Program-made: the position numbers and the translations under genes | The notes under the pieces: model-generated | Databases searched by the model: none | What the model was told of the DNA's origin: nothing | What the model saw: the letters and a program-made list of their open reading frames with translations, nothing else | From: an uncultured Clostridiaceae bacterium | GTDB taxonomy: Bacteria > Bacillota > Clostridia > Monoglobales > Firm-18 | Length of the DNA stretch: 63,492 nucleotides | Direction of reading: 5' to 3' | Assembly (NCBI GenBank): GCA_964455565.1 | Contig: CAYVWT010000001.1 | Location: forward strand, 1-63,492 | Part shown: positions 56,584-63,492 of the stretch, one piece after another | Numbering within the stretch: the first letter of the stretch is position 1 | Layout of the letters: every line of letters starts with the position of its first letter

Positions 56584-57591
56584 ATGCCTATTAAAAAAAT
56601 TCTTTCAAAGATAGTCAATAGCGAAAACCTAACCTTTGACGAAGCAAAGATAGCAATGGATATGATATTAGACGGTGGCGCAACCGAGGCACAAACTGCC
56701 GCATTTCTTGTAGGGCTTAGAATGAAGGGCGAAACGACAGATGAAATTAGTGGCTTAGCAGAGGTAATGCGCAAAAAGGCAACATTTTTTACGCCAAATG
56801 TGCCATACCATATAGATACAGTAGGCACAGGTGGAGATGGTGTTAATACGTTCAATATTTCCACAGCATCTGCATTTGTTACAGCGGCGGCAGGGGTTAT
56901 CGTTGCAAAACATGGCAACAGAGCCGTTTCCAGCAATTGTGGTAGCACAGATGTTTTAGAGGAGCTTGGAATTAAAATAGATTACGAGGCTGATGAGGTT
57001 AAAAAATGTGTTGAAGAAACTGGGCTTGGCTTTATGTTTGCAAGGGTTTTCCACAAAAAAATGGCACAGGTGTCAAAGGTTCGTAGCGAGCTTTCTATGC
57101 GCACTGTTTTCAACATATTAGGTCCTGTTTCCAACCCATCTAATGCAAAAGGTCAGCTTATTGGCGTGTTTGAGGGTAGCCTAACCGAGGTTATAGCAAA
57201 TGTTATGATAAAGCTTGGCGTAGAACGTGGTATGGTTGTGCATGGCAATGATGGGCTGGATGAAATTTCAATCACAACCGAAACAAAAATTTCAGAAATT
57301 CAAGGTGGTAAGGTTAAAAATTATTCCATTTCCCCAGAACAATTTGGAATGAAGCGTGCAAGCTTAGCCGATATACAGGGTGGAACACCCAAGGAAAACG
57401 CACAAATTATTCTTGATATATTTAACGGTTCAAAAGGCGCAAAACGAGATATTGTGCTTTTAAACGCAGGCGCATCAATATACATAGGCAAAAAGGCAAA
57501 TTCCATCGAACAAGGTGTAGAGTTAGCGGCTCAAATTATAGATACTGGCAAGGCTTTGGATAAATTAAACCAATTAAGAAATTATAGGTGA
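56584..57591 (+). CDS. trpD: anthranilate phosphoribosyltransferase
   Basis: GTGGDG motif. 335 aa. Confidence 0.96.
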   Translation: MPIKKILSKIVNSENLTFDEAKIAMDMILDGGATEAQTAAFLVGLRMKGETTDEISGLAEVMRKKATFFTPNVPYHIDTVGTGGDGVNTFNISTASAFVTAAAGVIVAKHGNRAVSSNCGSTDVLEELGIKIDYEADEVKKCVEETGLGFMFARVFHKKMAQVSKVRSELSMRTVFNILGPVSNPSNAKGQLIGVFEGSLTEVIANVMIKLGVERGMVVHGNDGLDEISITTETKISEIQGGKVKNYSISPEQFGMKRASLADIQGGTPKENAQIILDIFNGSKGAKRDIVLLNAGASIYIGKKANSIEQGVELAAQIIDTGKALDKLNQLRNYR

Positions 57592-57596
57592 ATCAA

Positions 57597-58373
57597 ATGA
57601 TATTAGATAAAATAGTTGATGCTAAAAAAATAGAGGTTGCAATGGAAAAAGAGCATATAAGCATTGATACACTTATTAAAAAATGTGAAAGCACCCCTCC
57701 TCCTCTTGATTTTAAAAAAGCAATAACAAAAAGCAACGATATTTCAATAATTGCAGAGGTAAAAAAAGCTTCACCCTCAAAGGGGCTAATTCGTGAGAAT
57801 TTTGACCACATTGCAATAGCAAATGAGTATATAAAAAGCAATGTTCAAGCAATGTCTGTGCTAACGGAAAAAACATTTTTCCAAGGTAGCAAGCAAATTT
57901 TCGCCGATATTCGCAAAATTTCTAACTTGCCTATGCTTAGGAAAGATTTTATAATTGACGAGTGGCAAATATACGAGGCACGCACAATGGGTGCAGATGC
58001 TGTTCTTTTAATTGCCGCAATACTGCCACTTGAAACCTTAAAGCGTTTTTACGAAACCACGAAATCACTCGGTATGTCTGCCCTTGTTGAAACGCATAAC
58101 TTAGAAGAATTACACATTGCGCTCCATTGTGATTGTGATATAATAGGAATTAACAATCGTAATTTAGACACCTTTGAAGAGGATTTATCCACAACCGAAA
58201 ACTTACTTTCGCACATACCAAAGGGCAAAATAACCATAAGCGAAAGCGCAATTAGAAAAAGCTCGGATATGGACTTAATGCGAGGCTATGGCGTGGACGG
58301 TGTTTTAGTTGGCGAAATGTTTATGAAACAAAGCTCGGTTGAAGGTGCAGTTAGGGAGTTGAGAGGCTATTGA
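57597..58373 (+). CDS. trpC: indole-3-glycerol phosphate synthase
   Basis: IAEVKKASPSKG motif. ATG 57597 lies 5 nt after GGTGA; GTG 57588 is an alternative. Confidence 0.94.
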   Translation: MILDKIVDAKKIEVAMEKEHISIDTLIKKCESTPPPLDFKKAITKSNDISIIAEVKKASPSKGLIRENFDHIAIANEYIKSNVQAMSVLTEKTFFQGSKQIFADIRKISNLPMLRKDFIIDEWQIYEARTMGADAVLLIAAILPLETLKRFYETTKSLGMSALVETHNLEELHIALHCDCDIIGINNRNLDTFEEDLSTTENLLSHIPKGKITISESAIRKSSDMDLMRGYGVDGVLVGEMFMKQSSVEGAVRELRGY

Positions 58374-58978
58374 CAGAGGTTAAAATTTGTGGAATAAAAA
58401 GAGAAATCGACGTAGAATATATCAATAAATATTTGCCAGCATACGCAGGCTTTGTATTTGCAGGAATTAAGCGAAAGCTATCACCTGAAACAGCAAAAAA
58501 CCTATGCAGACTAACGGATAGTCGCATAAAAAAAGTTGGTGTTTTCGTCAACGAGGATTTTGAAAATTTATTAAATATTGCAAGCTTATGCAGGCTTGAC
58601 GTTATACAATTGCACGGTGACGAAACACCACAATATGTGCAAAATATTAAAAAAGAGGGCTATGAAGTCTGGAAAGCCTTTCGCATACAAAATAGTAGTA
58701 TTTTCGAGGAAATAAAAAAATACAATGCAGATAAATACCTTTTAGATACCTATGTTAAGGACGAATATGGCGGAAGTGGTGTTACGTTTGATTGGAGCAT
58801 AATTAAAAATGGTGAAAACATTATTTTAGCAGGTGGGTTAACAAAAGATAATGTTAACAATGCAATCGCAATTGCAAAGCCATATTGCGTTGATGTAAGC
58901 AGTGGTGTAGAGGATGAATTTGGCTATAAAGATGAACAAAAAATTCGTGAATTTATGGAGGTGGTAAGCCGTGGATAG
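58370..58978 (+). CDS. trpF: phosphoribosylanthranilate isomerase
   Basis: VKICGI N-terminus. The TTG start overlaps the trpC stop. Confidence 0.92.
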   Translation: MTEVKICGIKREIDVEYINKYLPAYAGFVFAGIKRKLSPETAKNLCRLTDSRIKKVGVFVNEDFENLLNIASLCRLDVIQLHGDETPQYVQNIKKEGYEVWKAFRIQNSSIFEEIKKYNADKYLLDTYVKDEYGGSGVTFDWSIIKNGENIILAGGLTKDNVNNAIAIAKPYCVDVSSGVEDEFGYKDEQKIREFMEVVSRG

Positions 58979-60152
58979 AAAATTCGGAGAATTTGGTGGA
59001 CAATATGCACCCGAAACACTAATGAATGTGTTAATCGAGCTTGAACAGGCTTATATAAATATAAAAGATGATGAAGATTTTCAAAAAGAGCTTAAATTTT
59101 ATTTAACGCAGTACGCAAACCGTCCGTCTCTCCTATATTTTGCAAAAAATATGACGGATGACCTTGGTGGCGCAAAGATATATTTAAAGCGTGAGGATTT
59201 AAACCATACAGGCTCGCACAAAATAAACAATGTTTTGGGGCAGGCACTCCTTGCTAAAAAAATGGGCAAGCGAAAAATAATCGCTGAAACTGGCGCAGGT
59301 CAACACGGAGTTGCGGCAGCGACAGCGGCGGCGCTTTTTGGAATGGAATGTGAAGTCTTTATGGGGGAGGAGGATACTATTCGTCAAGCATTAAATGTAT
59401 ATAGAATGAGGCTTCTTGGTGCAACCGTAACCCCTGTAACCTCTGGCACAGCAACCCTCAAGGATGCCTGCAATGAGGCATTTCGCAAATGGGTATCCTG
59501 TGCAAATGATACTTTTTATGTGCTCGGCTCGGCGCTTGGCCCACACCCTTACCCAACGATAGTTCGAGATTTCCAAAAAATAATCGGTGAGGAAACCAAA
59601 CAACAAATTATGTCTGCCGAGGGGAGATTACCAGATGCAGTTATTGCCTGCGTTGGTGGTGGAAGCAATGCCATTGGTATGTTTTATCCGTTTTTAGGTG
59701 ATACAGAAGTTGAACTCATAGGAACAGAGGCAGCAGGTGACGGAATAGACACCCCTCGCCACGCCGCAACAATTTCAAAGGGCGAAATTGGCGTGCTCCA
59801 TGGGTTTAAATCATATTTTCTACAAGACAAAATAGGCAATATTATGCCAGTATATTCCATATCAGCAGGGCTTGACTACCCAGGAATTGGCCCTGAACAC
59901 GCATTTTTGCACAAAACAGGCAGGGCAAAATATGTGCCAATAACAGATGCAGAGGCTGTTGAGGCTTTTGTTTACCTTACAAAAATCGAGGGAATAATTC
60001 CTGCAATTGAGAGCGCACACGCAGTTGCATACGCTAAAAAAATCGCAAAAAATATGGGCAAGGATAAAATTATAGTAATTTGCCTGTCTGGGCGTGGTGA
60101 TAAAGACGTTCAACAAATTGCAAGATATTTGGGGGAAGACGTAAATGAATAG
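58971..60152 (+). CDS. trpB: tryptophan synthase beta chain
   Basis: [12 protein letters not shown]-lysine motif. GTG start follows GGAGGTGG. Confidence 0.98.
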   Translation: MDRKFGEFGGQYAPETLMNVLIELEQAYINIKDDEDFQKELKFYLTQYANRPSLLYFAKNMTDDLGGAKIYLKREDLNHTGSHKINNVLGQALLAKKMGKRKIIAETGAGQHGVAAATAAALFGMECEVFMGEEDTIRQALNVYRMRLLGATVTPVTSGTATLKDACNEAFRKWVSCANDTFYVLGSALGPHPYPTIVRDFQKIIGEETKQQIMSAEGRLPDAVIACVGGGSNAIGMFYPFLGDTEVELIGTEAAGDGIDTPRHAATISKGEIGVLHGFKSYFLQDKIGNIMPVYSISAGLDYPGIGPEHAFLHKTGRAKYVPITDAEAVEAFVYLTKIEGIIPAIESAHAVAYAKKIAKNMGKDKIIVICLSGRGDKDVQQIARYLGEDVNE

Positions 60153-60936
60153 AATAGAAACAACCTTTAACGCTTTAAAAAGCAGTGGCAAAAAAGCATA
60201 TATTCCCTTTGTAACAGCAGGCGACCCAAATATTGAAACCACAGCGAAAATTATAAAGGGTATGGCGCAGAACGGTGCAAGTATTATTGAAATTGGGATA
60301 CCATTTTCAGACCCAATGGCAGAAGGCCCAGTAATTCAAGCCGCAAACCTTCGTGCAGAAAACACATCGCTTGAAATGATTTGGGCTATGGTAAAAGCCT
60401 TGCGTTCAGAGGGTTTAGAAACTCCACTTGTGTATTTGATGTATTATAACCAAATTTTAAGCTATGGCGTGGAAACCTTTTTCAAAAACTGTAATGAAAG
60501 TGGAGTAGATGGAATAATAGTTCCAGACCTGCCTATTGAGGAAAAATGGGAAATAGTAGACGAGGCAGAAAAATATGGAGTTATTCCAATTTCACTTGTT
60601 GCACCAACCTCTAAGGATAGAATCGAAAAAATAGTAAAAAATGCAAAAGGCTTTGTGTACTGCGTTTCGTCACTTGGAGTTACAGGAGTGCGAAGCAACT
60701 TTGATACTAATTTTGAAGACTTTTTTGCCGAAATTTCAAAGCATACAGATATACCAAAAGCGCTTGGCTTCGGAATATCAACCCCACAGCAAGCAAACGA
60801 GCTTAAAAAATATTGTGATGGCATTATAGTCGGCAGCGCATTAGTAAACCTAATCGCACAAACCGAGGGCGACGATAATAAGGTTAAATCCGCAATTGAT
60901 TTTACAAGAAAAATGTATAGTGCAATAAATGAATAA
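60145..60936 (+). CDS. trpA: tryptophan synthase alpha chain
   Basis: 263 aa TrpA ([18 protein letters not shown]). Confidence 0.97.
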   Translation: MNRIETTFNALKSSGKKAYIPFVTAGDPNIETTAKIIKGMAQNGASIIEIGIPFSDPMAEGPVIQAANLRAENTSLEMIWAMVKALRSEGLETPLVYLMYYNQILSYGVETFFKNCNESGVDGIIVPDLPIEEKWEIVDEAEKYGVIPISLVAPTSKDRIEKIVKNAKGFVYCVSSLGVTGVRSNFDTNFEDFFAEISKHTDIPKALGFGISTPQQANELKKYCDGIIVGSALVNLIAQTEGDDNKVKSAIDFTRKMYSAINE

Positions 60937-60943
60937 ACAGAGT

Positions 60944-60969
60944 ATGTGCATACCGTATGGTATGCACAT
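60944..60969 (+). terminator. 26-nt palindromic hairpin after trpA (copy 1)
   Basis: ATGTGCATACC-GTAT-GGTATGCACAT followed by TTT. Near-identical to 61603-61628. Confidence 0.7.
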
Positions 60970-60992
60970 TTTATATATAGAAATGATTCTCA

Positions 60993-61403
60993 CTATTCAT
61001 TTACTTTATTACTTACTACACAAAATAACCGTCCCCTTGTGCTCCCAATCCATAGACCTAAAATTGAACAGATTGGCAATAAAATACTTATGTATTCAAA
61101 ATAAGACATAGGTTCTTTATAATATCTGTTAAAGATTGCGGTCAAGAGAAATAAAGCAACAGAAACCATAAGTCCAACAATAGGCATTATTAAATCATTT
61201 TGTCTGAATATTAATTTTAGGATAAGTCCAAGACCAATAAAAGCTGCAATCCAAATATAATAATCTGAGCTAATGGGTGGGTGTTTTGCACTTGGTCCTC
61301 CCAAACCCACTAATCCTGACAATGTGAAGTTCCATATACACAAAACTATTGCAAATATGTGCATGACCACTTGAAAAATTGTAACTATTTTTCTATAATC
61401 CAT
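60993..61403 (-). CDS. small membrane protein (about 4 TM), function unknown
   Basis: 136 aa from ATG 61403 (SD GAGGAG 10 nt upstream). The C-terminal codons run through the inverted repeat copy at 61017-61042. Confidence 0.6.
   Translation of the reverse strand: MDYRKIVTIFQVVMHIFAIVLCIWNFTLSGLVGLGGPSAKHPPISSDYYIWIAAFIGLGLILKLIFRQNDLIMPIVGLMVSVALFLLTAIFNRYYKEPMSYFEYISILLPICSILGLWIGSTRGRLFCVVSNKVNE
61017..61042. repeat. inverted copy of the 25-nt CACAAGGGGACGGTTnTTTTGTGT repeat
   Basis: Its reverse complement matches the core of the 35-nt units at 61451-61520 at 24/25. Confidence 0.8.
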
Positions 61404-61450
61404 TTTATAAACGCTCCTCAAATTTAATATTCGCATATTTTACTTTCCCA

Positions 61451-61520
61451 AAACACAAGGGGACGGTTCTTTTGTGTTGCAATTCAAACACAAGGGGACG
61501 GTTCTTTTGTGTTGCAATTC
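61451..61520. repeat. perfect tandem duplication of a 35-nt unit in the 5' UTR of the membrane-protein gene
   Basis: AAACACAAGGGGACGGTTCTTTTGTGTTGCAATTC x2 (61451-61485 and 61486-61520). Each unit is a hairpin: ACACAA/TTGTGT stem with a 12-13-nt loop. Confidence 0.9.
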
Positions 61521-61559
61521 ATATTAAAAAATAGCATTATAACTCAACTTTTCACCCAA

Positions 61560-61588
61560 ATTATACCACCATTTTTATTTTGTGTCAA
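61560..61588 (-). promoter_or_regulatory. strong sigma-A promoter with extended -10 driving the small membrane-protein gene
   Basis: Minus strand: TTGACA (61588-61583), 17-nt spacer, TGgTATAAT (-10 at 61565-61560). Confidence 0.6.
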
Positions 61589-61602
61589 TTACCATACAAA
61601 AA

Positions 61603-61628
61603 ATGTGCATACCATATGGTATGCACAT
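61603..61628 (-). terminator. 26-nt palindromic hairpin after tsf (copy 2)
   Basis: ATGTGCATACC-ATAT-GGTATGCACAT, followed on the minus strand by TTTTT. Confidence 0.8.
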
Positions 61629-61641
61629 CATATTATTATAA

Positions 61642-62559
61642 CTATTTAGCCATATTTGCTACTTCATCAGCAAAATTGTCTGACTTCTTTTCAAGACCTT
61701 CGCCTTTTTCAAAACGTGAGAACTTTGTAATTGTAATGTCACCGCCTAATTTAGCGCCAACTTCTTTTACAAGAGCTTTAACAGTTTTGTCTGGGTCTTT
61801 GATAAATGGTTGCTCTACGATACAAACTTCCTTGTAGAATTTAGCAACTCTACCTTCAACCATTTTTTCGATTATTTTCTCTGGCTTGCCTTCGTTAAGT
61901 GCTTGTGCTTTTAGAACTTCCTTTTCTCTTTCAAGAACAGAAGCATCAACATCTTCAACATTAACGAATTGAGGAATAGCAGCAGCTACCTGCATAGCAA
62001 TATCCTTAGCAAATTCTTTGAATTCTGGCTTTCCTGCAACACTTGAATCTGTATCAAAAGCAACCAAAACGCCAATTCTACCACCACCGTGAATATAACC
62101 CTCAGTAACGCCTTCGTATCTTGCAAAACGTCTGATGTTCATATTCTCGCCGATTTTAGCGATTTTTTCTTTAAGCATTAAATCAATAGTAACTGTTTCA
62201 TCTTCAATAAAGTTTTGTGCTAATAATGTTTCAACATCAGCAGGGTTTGTAGCAATAATTTGCTTAGCAACATTGCGAACAAAAGTTCTGAAATCATCAT
62301 TTTTAGCAACAAAGTCTGTTTCAGAGTTAACTTCAACTATAACGCCAACGTTTCCGTCAACGAATACATCAACAATACCCTCAGAAGCAATTCTGCCTGC
62401 TTTTTTAGCCGCAGTTGCAAGACCTTTTTCACGAAGAAAGTCAATTGCCTTGTCCATATCGCCAGCTGTTTCAGTTAATGCCTTTTTACAATCCATCATT
62501 CCACAACCGGTTCTTTCACGTAATTCTTTTACGCTTTCAGCTGTTATCATATATTTCAA
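61642..62559 (-). CDS. tsf: translation elongation factor Ts
   Basis: N-terminal UBA-like [19 protein letters not shown]. 305 aa. Confidence 0.98.
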   Translation of the reverse strand: MKYMITAESVKELRERTGCGMMDCKKALTETAGDMDKAIDFLREKGLATAAKKAGRIASEGIVDVFVDGNVGVIVEVNSETDFVAKNDDFRTFVRNVAKQIIATNPADVETLLAQNFIEDETVTIDLMLKEKIAKIGENMNIRRFARYEGVTEGYIHGGGRIGVLVAFDTDSSVAGKPEFKEFAKDIAMQVAAAIPQFVNVEDVDASVLEREKEVLKAQALNEGKPEKIIEKMVEGRVAKFYKEVCIVEQPFIKDPDKTVKALVKEVGAKLGGDITITKFSRFEKGEGLEKKSDNFADEVANMAK

Positions 62560-62578
62560 ACTCCTTTTAAACTAAATA

Positions 62579-63340
62579 TTATTCAGCAACCGCTACTGTT
62601 TCTTCTACTACTGCAACTGGCGCTACAGGAGCAGCAACTGGTGCGTTTGCAAAAGATTCGCCTTGTTTGCCTTCCATTACTGCATTAGCCATACATTCAA
62701 CGATAAGCTTAACTGCACGGATAGCATCATCATTTCCTGGTATAACATAATCAACTTCTTCTGGGTCACAGTTTGTATCAACAATAGCTACAACAGTAAT
62801 GTTAAGCCTTCTTGCCTCTGCAATAGCGATTTTCTCTTTGCGAGGGTCAACAACAAACATAACGCCAGGCATTTTTTTCATATCTTTTATTCCGCCAAAA
62901 TTCTTTTCAAGCTTTTCCATTTCGTTTCTTAATTTAAGAACTTCTTTCTTTGGTAAAAGTTCAAAAGTACCGTCATTTTCCATTTTTTCTAATTGATAAA
63001 GACGATCAATACTTCTTCTGATTGTTTTAAAGTTTGTAAGCATACCACCAAGCCAACGGTTGTTTACATAATACATACCAACACGCTTAGCTTCGTCAGA
63101 AATAGCTTCTTGAGCTTGCTTTTTTGTACCAACGAAAAGAATATCTTGCTTATCAAGAGAAGCTGATTTTATAAAATTATAAGCTTCCTCAACCTTTTTA
63201 ACTGTTTTTTGAAGGTCGATAATGTAGATACCGTTTCTTTCTGTGAAAATGTACTCAGCCATTTTCGGATTCCATCTGCGAGTTTGGTGACCGAAGTGAA
63301 CGCCAGCCTCCAAAAGTTGTTTCATTGAAATAACACCCAT
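62579..63340 (-). CDS. rpsB: 30S ribosomal protein S2
   Basis: [30 protein letters not shown] 63340 follows AAGGAGG. The track ORF is over-extended. Confidence 0.97.
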   Translation of the reverse strand: MGVISMKQLLEAGVHFGHQTRRWNPKMAEYIFTERNGIYIIDLQKTVKKVEEAYNFIKSASLDKQDILFVGTKKQAQEAISDEAKRVGMYYVNNRWLGGMLTNFKTIRRSIDRLYQLEKMENDGTFELLPKKEVLKLRNEMEKLEKNFGGIKDMKKMPGVMFVVDPRKEKIAIAEARRLNITVVAIVDTNCDPEEVDYVIPGNDDAIRAVKLIVECMANAVMEGKQGESFANAPVAAPVAPVAVVEETVAVAE

Positions 63341-63454
63341 TTTTAAATTCCTCCTTGTTTTTTTGATACCTCCGCCCATTTCATTTTTGTATGATACTTT
63401 TTCAAGCAACAACATACAAATCAATATGGCGTGTGTATTTTTTACAGCTTTGAT

Positions 63455-63483
63455 ATTATATCACATTTTTTCCATATATGCAA
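63455..63483 (-). promoter_or_regulatory. sigma-A promoter of rpsB-tsf with extended -10
   Basis: Minus strand: TTGCAT (63483-63478), 17-nt spacer, TGaTATAAT (-10 at 63460-63455). A leader of about 105 nt follows. Confidence 0.6.
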
Positions 63484-63492
63484 CTATTTTTT

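Noticed and set aside
61451-61520. The tandem 35-nt repeats as a CRISPR array.
   Set aside because: There are only two units, directly abutting with no spacers, and no cas genes in the window.
61451-61520. The tandem hairpins upstream of a small 4-TM protein as a guanidine-II (mini-ykkC) or fluoride riboswitch.
   Set aside because: The GGGGACGG (ACGR-like) motif is on the antisense strand of the mRNA. The sense-strand loops are 12-13 nt and C-rich rather than ACGR tetraloops. The protein lacks SMR/Gdx or CrcB (GGxTTFSTF) signatures.

Overview
AT-rich chromosomal core region of an endospore-forming Firmicute; gene content and order look Clostridia-like. I call about 65 protein genes, 3 tRNAs and several cis-regulatory RNAs, with no rRNA. 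All calls come from reading the supplied translations and the DNA by eye. No BLAST, HMM or folding was run, so product names are motif or family recognitions. Blocks: (1) 0.5-8.3 kb, a tightly coupled minus-strand metal-uptake cluster: TroA/ZnuA-type ABC transporter, an SLH-like exported protein, feoAB, and a glutamate-cysteine-ligase-like gene. (2) ppdK. (3) yqfC-yqfD-phoH-ybeY-dgkA-era-yqzL-recO, then ylbJ. (4) rpmG-secE-nusG-rplK-rplA-rplJ-rplL with an L10 leader and L1-site-like motifs. (5) rsmG, a spoIIQ-like gene, spoIID, citrate synthase, a second SLH paralog, a DUF4397 gene, dus, ppx/gppA and guaB. (6) A tRNA Met-Glu-Val operon downstream of yybS-gdpP-rplI-dnaB-tilS-hpt-ftsH. (7) spoIIE, a DEAD-box helicase, nrdJ with tandem NrdR boxes, ppnP, ymdB, rny, spoIIR and metY. 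(8) trpEGDCFBA behind a TRAP-type (G/U)AG-repeat attenuator, then tsf-rpsB. I see no defence island, prophage, transposase, integrase or CRISPR array, so this is mostly ordinary housekeeping and sporulation DNA. The unexplained signal is non-coding. It includes a 73-nt structured repeat with compensatory changes after ylbJ and spoIIE, and a 163-bp MITE-like element with 21-bp terminal inverted repeats inside the tRNA operon. A related ATACTAATTT motif recurs in other intergenic regions. A small membrane-protein gene between trpA and tsf is bracketed by 25-nt inverted repeats and by two near-identical 26-nt palindromes. Three small ORFs missing from the track also look real or plausible.
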